Assembly (NCBI GenBank): GCA_045595845.1
Contig: JAZOBF010000043.1
Span: forward strand, 8,293-72,292
Source of the DNA: Acutalibacteraceae bacterium
GTDB taxonomy: Bacteria > Bacillota > Clostridia > Oscillospirales > Acutalibacteraceae
Direction: 5' to 3'
Length of the DNA: 64,000 bases
Part shown: positions 18,156 to 25,543 of the stretch, in pieces
Numbering within the stretch: position 1 is the stretch's first letter
How the letters are laid out: the number at the start of each line of letters is the position of its first letter
Position numbers and translations under genes: made by a program
Notes under the pieces: model-generated
Told to the model about the DNA's origin: nothing
The model's database searches: none
The model's input: only the letters and a program-made list of their open reading frames with translations

Positions 18156-19685
18156 TTAGCGGGCTTGCCAATATTTACGGTCCAAACTGCGATATTGAAT
18201 CGCCTCGGACAGGTGTTCAATACGGAGTTTTTCACTGCCGTCCAGATCGGCAATGGTGCGTGCGACCTTGAGCAGACGGTCATATGCACGCGCGGATAAT
18301 CCCAATCGCTCAAAAGCGCTTTCCATCAACGCATGAGCGTCATCTGATAAGGCACAGTGGCGGCGCAATAGGGAAGGCGTCAGTTGTGAATTGGTGCGAA
18401 TACGCGTGCGGGCGTAGCGTTCCAGTTGTACACGGCGCGCCGCATTCACGCGTTCGCGGATAGAGGCGGAATTTTCAGCGGGTTCGTTGGCATTGAGATC
18501 GCTGTATCCGACAGGCGGCACCTCCACATGCAGATCGAACCGATCCAGAAGCGGGCCCGATATGCGGGACAAATAGCGTGTAACTGCATTTGGCGAGCAG
18601 GTACACTCGCGGGTGGGGTGTCCGTAATACCCACAAGGACACGGGTTCATGGCGGCAACCAGCATAAACGAACAGGGATATGTCAGCGAACCGCTCGCCC
18701 GCGAAATCGTAACATGCTGATCTTCCAAAGGTTGTCGTAACCCTTCGGTAGCCTGACGCGAAAATTCGGGTAGCTCGTCCAAAAATAAGACACCGTTATG
18801 GGCAAGTGAGACCTCTCCCGGTCGCGGCACTGCCCCACCGCCCGTCAGACCTACCACCGAGACGGTGTGATGCGGCGAACGAAATGGGCGGGAGGACAAA
18901 AGGCCGACATCGGCGGGTAAGGCACCGACAATAGAATGGACGGAGGTCGCCTCCAACGCTTCCTCGCGTGTCATGTCGGGCAAAATGGACGGTAAGCGCT
19001 TTGCCAGCATGCTTTTGCCGGAGCCGGGCGGTCCCACCAACAAAATATTGTGGTTGCCGGCGGCTGCAATTTCCATAGCACGGCGTGGGACCAACTGTCC
19101 CATCACATCGGCAAAGTCGGGTACGCGTCCGTCAGCGTGTGGATGAAATTCCGTTTTTGGTAGTTTTTCCAGCAGCTTTTCGCCCGACAGATGAGCGAGA
19201 AGCGCCTTGACATGATCCACCGCGTAAACCGTAATGCCGTCTACAACGGCACCCTCAGCGGCGTTTTCTTTGGGAATGAATACGGTGTCCAACCCTGCTT
19301 TACGGGCGGCAATGACCATCGGCAAAACGCCGTGTACGGCACGCACCTCGCCTGTCAGTGACAACTCGCCGACAAACGCCATATTATCAAGCTTCAAGGA
19401 TGCCTGTTCCGTTGCGCACAGCAGGGAGAGAAACAACGGCAGATCGTAGATAGAACCCTCTTTTTTGACATCGGCGGGCGCTAAGTTGATGGTAATGTGA
19501 CTGACGGGAAACGAAAACCCGCAATTTTTCATGGCGGCGCGCACGCGGTCGCGGGATTCCTTGACAGCGGGGCCGGGCATGCCTACCACATCAAATCCCG
19601 GCAGACCTTTCGCAATATCTGCCTCTACCTCGACGGCATAGCCGTCGATGCCGAGCAATCCTAAGCTGTGGACTCTTGAGAACAT
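18156..19685 (-). CDS. comM: YifB/ComM-family Mg-chelatase-like ATPase
   Basis: N-terminal Lon-like domain and GPPGSGKSMLAKRLPSILP Walker A. Length 509 aa. Confidence 0.9.
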   Translation of the reverse strand: MFSRVHSLGLLGIDGYAVEVEADIAKGLPGFDVVGMPGPAVKESRDRVRAAMKNCGFSFPVSHITINLAPADVKKEGSIYDLPLFLSLLCATEQASLKLDNMAFVGELSLTGEVRAVHGVLPMVIAARKAGLDTVFIPKENAAEGAVVDGITVYAVDHVKALLAHLSGEKLLEKLPKTEFHPHADGRVPDFADVMGQLVPRRAMEIAAAGNHNILLVGPPGSGKSMLAKRLPSILPDMTREEALEATSVHSIVGALPADVGLLSSRPFRSPHHTVSVVGLTGGGAVPRPGEVSLAHNGVLFLDELPEFSRQATEGLRQPLEDQHVTISRASGSLTYPCSFMLVAAMNPCPCGYYGHPTRECTCSPNAVTRYLSRISGPLLDRFDLHVEVPPVGYSDLNANEPAENSASIRERVNAARRVQLERYARTRIRTNSQLTPSLLRRHCALSDDAHALMESAFERLGLSARAYDRLLKVARTIADLDGSEKLRIEHLSEAIQYRSLDRKYWQAR

Positions 19686-19750
19686 CGCACATGCCTCATT
19701 TCAACATCATTTGTTACCAGTATACAGGAAAACCGAACAATACACAAGAG

Positions 19751-19785
19751 AAAAAACGCACCATTTAAAAACGGTGCGTTTTTTG
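19751..19785 (-). terminator. Intrinsic terminator after the UPF0210 gene
   Basis: AAAAAACGCACC-loop-GGTGCGTTTTTT. Confidence 0.8.
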
Positions 19786-21144
19786 TTAATTGCGAAGTGC
19801 TTGTAACGGGGCGGGGATACGGCCGCCACGATGAATCAGGCGAGCAGGGGAAGCGGGGTTTACCGGCATGACCGGTCCGCTGCCGAGCAGACCGCCGAAG
19901 GACAGCTCGTCACCGACTTGTTTGCCGATGGCGGGAATCACGCGGACAGCGGTTGCCTTATTGTTAATCATACCGATTGCGGCCTCGTCTGCGATAATGG
20001 CGGCAATCACCTCTGCGGAGGTATCGCCGGGAATATTGATCATATCCAAACCGACCGAGCAAACGGCGGTCATGGCTTCCAATTTTTCAATGCGTAAACA
20101 GCCTTCGCGTGCCGCGTGAATCATGCCCGCATCTTCGGTAACGGGAATAAACGCACCCGAAAGTCCGCCGACATGAGAAGAGGCCATCACACCACCCTTT
20201 TTGACAGCATCATTGAGCAGAGCCAGCGCCGCGGTTGTTCCGTGTGCGCCGCAACACTCGAGTCCCATTTCCTCTAAAATGTAAGCGACCGAATCGCCGA
20301 CGGCGGGTGTGGGAGCGAGGGACAGATCCACAATGCCGAACGGCACACCCAAACGGCGGGACGCTTCTTTGGCAACCAGCTGTCCCATACGGGTGATTTT
20401 AAACGCGGTGCGCTTAATTAAATCTGCCACGGCGGTCAGGTCGCAGTCGCCCGCTTTGGCAAGCGCCGCGCGAACCACACCGGGGCCGGATACGCCGACA
20501 TTGATAACGCAATCCGGTTCACCGACGCCGTGAAAAGCCCCCGCCATAAACGGATTGTCCTCGGGCGCATTGCAGAATACAACCAGCTTTGCAGGGCCGA
20601 TGCAATCACGGTCAGCGGTAAGCTCCGCACTGCGGCGGACGATACGCCCCATTTCGGCAACGGCATCCATATTGATACCCGCCTTCGTGGAGCCGATGTT
20701 GACCGATGAGCAAATATGGTCGGTGGTCGCGAGTGCTTCGGGTATGCTTTCAATCAGTTCACGGTCACCCGCCGCAAACCCCTTTTGCACCAATGCCGAA
20801 TATCCGCCGATGAAATTGACACCGCACGCGAGTGCCGCGCGCTCCAAGGTCTGTGCGAGTTTCAGCGGTTCTTTTTTTAAACACCCAGCCAAAATGATGG
20901 CAATGGGCGTAACCGAAATGCGTTTGTTGATGATCGGAATACCGTATTCCTTTTCAATCTGTCCGCCGACCTCGACCAGATGCTTGGCTTTGGTGGTAAT
21001 TTTCTCGTAAACGCGGCGGCAGACGGTGTCAATATCGCTGTCGCAGCAGTCAAGCAGGGATATACCCATGGTAATGGTACGAATATCCAAATTTTCCTCT
21101 TGGATCATCGTAATGGTTTCTAAAATATCACGCGCATTTAACAT
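19786..21144 (-). CDS. UPF0210/DUF711-family protein
   Basis: [34 protein letters not shown]-terminus is typical of the family. Paired with the upstream ACT gene. Confidence 0.8.
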   Translation of the reverse strand: MLNARDILETITMIQEENLDIRTITMGISLLDCCDSDIDTVCRRVYEKITTKAKHLVEVGGQIEKEYGIPIINKRISVTPIAIILAGCLKKEPLKLAQTLERAALACGVNFIGGYSALVQKGFAAGDRELIESIPEALATTDHICSSVNIGSTKAGINMDAVAEMGRIVRRSAELTADRDCIGPAKLVVFCNAPEDNPFMAGAFHGVGEPDCVINVGVSGPGVVRAALAKAGDCDLTAVADLIKRTAFKITRMGQLVAKEASRRLGVPFGIVDLSLAPTPAVGDSVAYILEEMGLECCGAHGTTAALALLNDAVKKGGVMASSHVGGLSGAFIPVTEDAGMIHAAREGCLRIEKLEAMTAVCSVGLDMINIPGDTSAEVIAAIIADEAAIGMINNKATAVRVIPAIGKQVGDELSFGGLLGSGPVMPVNPASPARLIHRGGRIPAPLQALRN

Positions 21145-21158
21145 AACGATTATTCTCC

Positions 21159-21428
21159 TTAAATCCGATGCATGGAATTGAAAATATCTTCGTGCATGGC
21201 GTGAATAGATAGTCCCATAGAATTACCCAGGTCACTCAGTTCGTCTGCAAACTGCTCAAAGGGGATATCGCTTTTTTCAATGTCTACCATCATAATCATG
21301 GCAAACATATCCTGCAAAATGGACTGTGTGACCTCTAACACATTGATTTGATGTTCGGCACAGATTGTGGATACATTAGCAAGAATACCCACCATATCTT
21401 TTCCGATAACCGTAATAACTGCACGCAT
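21159..21428 (-). CDS. ACT-domain protein (UPF0237)
   Basis: 89 aa. [24 protein letters not shown] fold signature. Confidence 0.8.
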   Translation of the reverse strand: MRAVITVIGKDMVGILANVSTICAEHQINVLEVTQSILQDMFAMIMMVDIEKSDIPFEQFADELSDLGNSMGLSIHAMHEDIFNSMHRI

Positions 21429-21638
21429 AGTTGTTCTCCTTTAATCAGGGTATAATTTTGATACTATCATACACCCTTTTCAGGGGAAAAGCAAACATTA
21501 TATTTGCATATGCACGAAAATATGCTACAATGAGAAAAAGGATTCGGCAACTGTACAGAGGGAATTTTGCACAGTTCGCATTTCGTATTGTTGTTTAGTT
21601 GCGCGAATTCATGTCTTTTCGGAAAGTCGAGGATTGCT

Positions 21639-22493
21639 ATGAGTGTTACGGTAAAAGCACCCGCCAAAATCAATCTTGTGTTGGATGTGGTCGGCCGTAG
21701 AGACGATGGGTATCACCTGCTTCAAACGGTGTTCCAAACGGTGGATTGGTACGATACGGTGACCGTGGATTTTGCCGACACCATCACGGTTTGTTGCGGT
21801 GGCGGTGCGCCACAGGATGCGTCAAATACAGCATACCGTGCGGCAACACTGTTTTTGGAGTATACAAAACGAAACGAGGGATACGGTATCACAATAGAAA
21901 AGCAGATCCCGATGCAAGCAGGTCTTGCGGGCGGCAGTGCCGACGCGGCGGGAACGCTTTTAGCACTCAATCGTCTGACAGGTGCCGATCTTTCGCTTGA
22001 CGAGCTGTGTAAATTGGGCGCCATGATTGGTGCAGATGTACCGTTTTGTATTCGTGGCGGTACCGCCCTCGGAACCGGTACGGGAGTTGACCTGCAACCG
22101 CTTCCCGCCTTTGACAGCGGGTATTTTGTGATTGTCAAGCCAAGTGGCGGCGTATCCACCCCCGAGGCATATCGGCTGGTCGATACGAAACCCGACCTTT
22201 TTCACCCGTCTGCCCGCGCATTTTGTGAAGCGTTGCAAAACGGTGACAAAGAAGCGATGGCGGCGAGTATCGGCAACTCATTTGAAGATGCTCTTGCCTT
22301 ACCCGAATGTTTAGCGGCGCGGGATATTTTGCTTGAAAACGGTGCCGCCGCCGCGTGCATGAGTGGTAGCGGTTCGGCGGTGTTCGGATGGTTTTGGTCG
22401 CGTGATGTGGCCGATAACTGCGCCGATAACATGACGGGACACTATGCACAGGTTTGCGTATGTCGACCGTGTCAAGGCGTCAAGTTTGAATAA
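21639..22493 (+). CDS. ispE: 4-diphosphocytidyl-2-C-methyl-D-erythritol kinase
   Basis: KAPAKINLVLDV and GHMP-kinase motif PMQAGLAGGSADAA. Confidence 0.9.
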   Translation: MSVTVKAPAKINLVLDVVGRRDDGYHLLQTVFQTVDWYDTVTVDFADTITVCCGGGAPQDASNTAYRAATLFLEYTKRNEGYGITIEKQIPMQAGLAGGSADAAGTLLALNRLTGADLSLDELCKLGAMIGADVPFCIRGGTALGTGTGVDLQPLPAFDSGYFVIVKPSGGVSTPEAYRLVDTKPDLFHPSARAFCEALQNGDKEAMAASIGNSFEDALALPECLAARDILLENGAAAACMSGSGSAVFGWFWSRDVADNCADNMTGHYAQVCVCRPCQGVKFE

Positions 22494-22500
22494 ATAGCCA

Positions 22501-22547
22501 AAACCCGTCCAATCTTATGGTACAACATAAGGAAAAGGACGGGTTTT
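22501..22547 (+). terminator. Long hairpin plus TTTT between ispE and spoIIR; its 3' arm abuts the spoIIR start codon
   Basis: AAACCCGTCC (22501-10) pairs with GGACGGGTTT (22537-46). Inner stem is CTTATG/CATAAG. Confidence 0.55.
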
Positions 22548-23144
22548 ATGAAACGATGGATCAAGGCACTGTGCGGTGCTGTTTTACTGTGTATGGCAGT
22601 CTCTGTGTGCGGGTTTGCGGGCAATTGCGCCGAGGTGCGTGACAGCGTGGTGCGGTTGCACATCTTGGCGAATTCCGACAGCGAAGCCGATCAAGCACTC
22701 AAGCTCAAGGTGCGTGATGCGGTGACGGAGGCGGGTGCGGGGTTGCTTGACGGTGTTACCACGCGAGCGGACGCGGAAGCGCAACTGGAGGCGGCATTGC
22801 CGCACTTAATCCAGACCGCACAGCAATGCGTATATGATGCGGGATACGCCTACCCGATAACGGCAGAACTCGACACCATGTATTTTTCCACCCGCACATA
22901 CGACAGCGGAACATTTCCGGCAGGTCAGTACCGCACGATACGGTTTTGCATCGGTGAGGCAAAAGGGAAAAACTGGTGGTGCGTGATGTACCCGCCGCTA
23001 TGCGTATCGGCGGCAACGGATAAAGCCTCGCTTGCCGATGTGGTAGATAAAGAGGCAAACGCCATTGTCAGCGATGCGCCGCGATACGCGGTACGCTTTA
23101 AGATTGTCGAATGGTTTGAAACGGTTGTGGAGTGGTTATCATAA
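22548..23144 (+). CDS. spoIIR: Stage II sporulation protein R
   Basis: Signal-like N-terminus, VVRLHILANSDSEADQALKLKVRD and NWWCVMYPPLC motifs. Confidence 0.9.
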   Translation: MKRWIKALCGAVLLCMAVSVCGFAGNCAEVRDSVVRLHILANSDSEADQALKLKVRDAVTEAGAGLLDGVTTRADAEAQLEAALPHLIQTAQQCVYDAGYAYPITAELDTMYFSTRTYDSGTFPAGQYRTIRFCIGEAKGKNWWCVMYPPLCVSAATDKASLADVVDKEANAIVSDAPRYAVRFKIVEWFETVVEWLS

Positions 23145-23620
23145 AAAAGAACGAACAAAAAACCAATGTTATGCGCTTGCTGGATCAAGCGAAGATTCCG
23201 TATGTCTACCATTGTTATGCGGACACCGATGCTATCAGCGGTATCGAGGTAGCGGCTGTCTTGAAACAACCGCCCGAGCGGGTGTTCAAAACATTGGTCA
23301 CGGTGGCAAAATCGGGCGTACACTATGTGTTTGTCATTCCGTGTGCCATGGAACTGCAACTCAAAAAAGCCGCGACGGCGGTGGGTGAAAAAGCGATTGA
23401 AATGCTTAAATCCAAAGAGTTGTTGCCGCTCACCGGCTACATACACGGCGGGTGCTCCCCCGTTGGTATGAAAAAACCGTTTCGCACCGTGATGCACGAA
23501 ACAGCAAAAACTTGCCCTACCATTTGTGTGAGTGCGGGCAAGATCGGATATCAGGTCGAGGTTGCCCCCGAAGACCTGCAAAAAGTGGTGAAATTTACCT
23601 ACGCGGATATTGCCGAATAA
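23132..23620 (+). CDS. ybaK: Cys-tRNA(Pro)/Cys-tRNA(Cys) deacylase YbaK/EbsC family
   Basis: TNVMRLLDQAKIPY...GGCSPVGMKK pattern. The exact start is uncertain. Confidence 0.8.
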   Translation: MVIIKKNEQKTNVMRLLDQAKIPYVYHCYADTDAISGIEVAAVLKQPPERVFKTLVTVAKSGVHYVFVIPCAMELQLKKAATAVGEKAIEMLKSKELLPLTGYIHGGCSPVGMKKPFRTVMHETAKTCPTICVSAGKIGYQVEVAPEDLQKVVKFTYADIAE

Positions 23621-23632
23621 GATGATATCAAA

Positions 23633-23671
23633 AGACCTGTTGTGAAAATCACAACAGGTCTTACTTTTTTT
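23633..23671. terminator. Hairpin terminator between ybaK and the XRE gene
   Basis: AGACCTGTTGTG-AAAA-CACAACAGGTCT followed by a T-run. Confidence 0.8.
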
Positions 23672-23864
23672 CAAACTCTTTTCCGGTGATGAGGTAGTGG
23701 ATGGACACATTAAAATATTCCGACATTCGGACAAGCAAACTCAAAGAAGGTTCGCGTTTGCCGGACTCGTAATACGAGAGGGACTCGCGCGATATATGCA
23801 GGTCGGTTGCAACCTTTAATTGATTGAGATTTCGCTGTTTGCGAATTGCCCGTAAACCAATCAT
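23661..23864 (-). CDS. XRE-family HTH regulator (67 aa)
   Basis: LRAIRKQRNLNQLKVATDLHISRESLSYYESGKREPSLSLL HTH_3 pattern. AAGGTG RBS before the ATG at 23864. Confidence 0.85.
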   Translation of the reverse strand: MIGLRAIRKQRNLNQLKVATDLHISRESLSYYESGKREPSLSLLVRMSEYFNVSIHYLITGKEFEKK

Positions 23865-23883
23865 AAAAATCACCTTGTTTTTA

Positions 23884-23924
23884 TTGTAACTGTTTGTTAC
23901 AATAAAAATGTAACAATGTGTTAC
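23884..23924. promoter_or_regulatory. Two tandem palindromic operator candidates, GTAAC-N5-GTTAC
   Basis: TTGTAAC-tgttt-GTTACAA at 23884-23902 and GTAAC-aatgt-GTTAC at 23910-23924, immediately upstream of the 67-aa XRE gene. Confidence 0.6.
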
Positions 23925-23978
23925 GAGCAAAGGTGACTGCCCTATGCCGTTTAACCAAGCATAAGGCGTTTGCGTTTG

Positions 23979-24179
23979 CTATTTTATGTGCTTCAGAATA
24001 TCGGCGATATCACATTGCAGAGCTGTGCAAATACGGTCCAACACATAACTGTCGTAGCGGGTGATTTTGTTTTTATAGTATTTATCAATGACAGGGTATT
24101 GGATTCCGGTTAGTTGTGACAAGCGATACCGCGTTACCCCTTGCTTGTCCATGAGCTCCTGTAATGTGAGTGTAATCAT
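23979..24179 (-). CDS. XRE/Cro-like HTH regulator (66 aa)
   Basis: LQELMDKQGVTRYRLSQLTGIQYPVIDKY HTH. GGGGGTGAG RBS. Confidence 0.8.
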   Translation of the reverse strand: MITLTLQELMDKQGVTRYRLSQLTGIQYPVIDKYYKNKITRYDSYVLDRICTALQCDIADILKHIK

Positions 24180-24221
24180 TTGCTCACCCCCTTTTCTATA
24201 TTCTATTGAAAGTATATGCGG

Positions 24222-24250
24222 TTGACAATATGCTTATTAGTATATATATT
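24222..24250 (+). promoter_or_regulatory. Sigma-A-type promoter for the lipoprotein gene
   Basis: TTGACA (24222-27), 17-nt spacer, TATATT (24245-50). Confidence 0.6.
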
Positions 24251-24284
24251 TATATAAATATATAAAGTTAGAGAGGGCAACTGT

Positions 24285-24518
24285 GTGAAAAGAATCGCTT
24301 GTATATGTGCAGTGTGTGTTATTTTGTTTGTTGGTGGATGCCAAAGCATGCCCTCAACCAAGAGCGACGAAATTACACATATAGAAATGGTGTGGATACC
24401 GCGTACGGGGAAATGCTATCATCGAAACGAGAAATGCAGCGGAATGAAAAGCCCAAGCAAGGTCACGCTTGCGGAAGCTGTTGAACACGGCTTTTTGCCG
24501 TGCAGTAATTGTTATTGA
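24285..24518 (+). CDS. Small lipoprotein with C-terminal CYH..C..(x21)..CxxC motif
   Basis: GTG start. Lipobox LFVGGC. C-terminal GKCYHRNEKCSGM...LPCSNCY. Confidence 0.65.
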   Translation: MKRIACICAVCVILFVGGCQSMPSTKSDEITHIEMVWIPRTGKCYHRNEKCSGMKSPSKVTLAEAVEHGFLPCSNCY

Positions 24519-24523
24519 GATAT

Positions 24524-24558
24524 AAAAGCGCCCTTTGCTTGTCAGCAAAGGGCGCTTT
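24524..24558. terminator. Bidirectional intrinsic terminator
   Basis: GCGCCCTTTGCT-TGTC-AGCAAAGGGCGC with flanking A-run and T-run. Confidence 0.85.
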
Positions 24559-24570
24559 GTTAGATGAAAT

Positions 24571-25491
24571 TTATTTATCCAAATACCGACAGGCGGCCAT
24601 AGCGGCAATCGCACCGTCCGATGCGGCGGTGACGACCTGACGAATCTGTTTACGGCGGCAGTCGCCTGCAACAAACACACCGTCTATGTCGCCGACGCAT
24701 TGTTCGTCTGCTTTAAAGTAACCGCGTTCATCTAAATGAGCAAGCTCGGCAAACGCCTCGTTTTCGGGTACCAGACCGACTGCCAAGAACGCACCGTCAA
24801 CGGTGATGGTTTTTTCTTCACCCGTTTCTTCGTGGCGTACGGTAAGGCCCGTCAGAGCACCGTTTTCCTGCACATAGCCGGTCACCAGCGTGCTGAATAA
24901 GACCTCTACATTATCTTTTGCCATCAACGCTTCGGCGAGCTTGGCTTCTCCCGTAAAGGTGGGAAGATTCTGCACGACGGTAACTTTTCGGCAGACTTCC
25001 GACAATAAAAGCGCTTCTTGCAACGCCGAGTTCCCGCCGCCGATCATGGCGGTATCCAGTCCCGCGTAGAACGCGCCGTCGCACACCGCACAGAACGAAA
25101 TGCCGTTTCCGATCAGCTCTTCTTCACCCTCGAGACCCAGCATACGGTGCTTAACACCCACCGCCAAAATAACGGCTTTCCCTTCAAAAGTGTTACCTTC
25201 CTCGGTTGTGACGGTGAAGATGTCACCTTGCTTTGACACCGCCGTGACGGTCTCAATTTCGGCATCCGCACCGAGTGCCAACGCCTGTTCGGTCAATTTC
25301 TCGGCAAATTCCGTACCGCCGATTTGCCCGAAACCGGGAATGTTCTCCACTTTCGGTGAAAAGGCGATTTGACCGCCGAAACCACCTTTTTCAATCACCA
25401 GTACGGTTTTCCCCGCACGCAAGGCGTAGATGGCAGCGGTAAGGCCGGCGGGACCGCCGCCGACAACAATGATATCATACATGTTTGGCAC
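24571..25491 (-). CDS. trxB: Thioredoxin-disulfide reductase
   Basis: GGGPAG FAD motif, redox-active CAVCDG, GGGNSA NADPH motif. Confidence 0.95.
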   Translation of the reverse strand: MPNMYDIIVVGGGPAGLTAAIYALRAGKTVLVIEKGGFGGQIAFSPKVENIPGFGQIGGTEFAEKLTEQALALGADAEIETVTAVSKQGDIFTVTTEEGNTFEGKAVILAVGVKHRMLGLEGEEELIGNGISFCAVCDGAFYAGLDTAMIGGGNSALQEALLLSEVCRKVTVVQNLPTFTGEAKLAEALMAKDNVEVLFSTLVTGYVQENGALTGLTVRHEETGEEKTITVDGAFLAVGLVPENEAFAELAHLDERGYFKADEQCVGDIDGVFVAGDCRRKQIRQVVTAASDGAIAAMAACRYLDK

Positions 25492-25501
25492 ATCCTTCGT
25501 G

Positions 25502-25532
25502 AAAAGAGGTCGGGCATCGCCCGACCTCTTTT
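25502..25532 (-). terminator. Hairpin between nrdD and trxB (short T-run)
   Basis: AGAGGTCGGGC / GCCCGACCTCT stem followed by TTTT on the minus strand. Confidence 0.6.
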
Positions 25533-25543
25533 ATTGTTCGATT

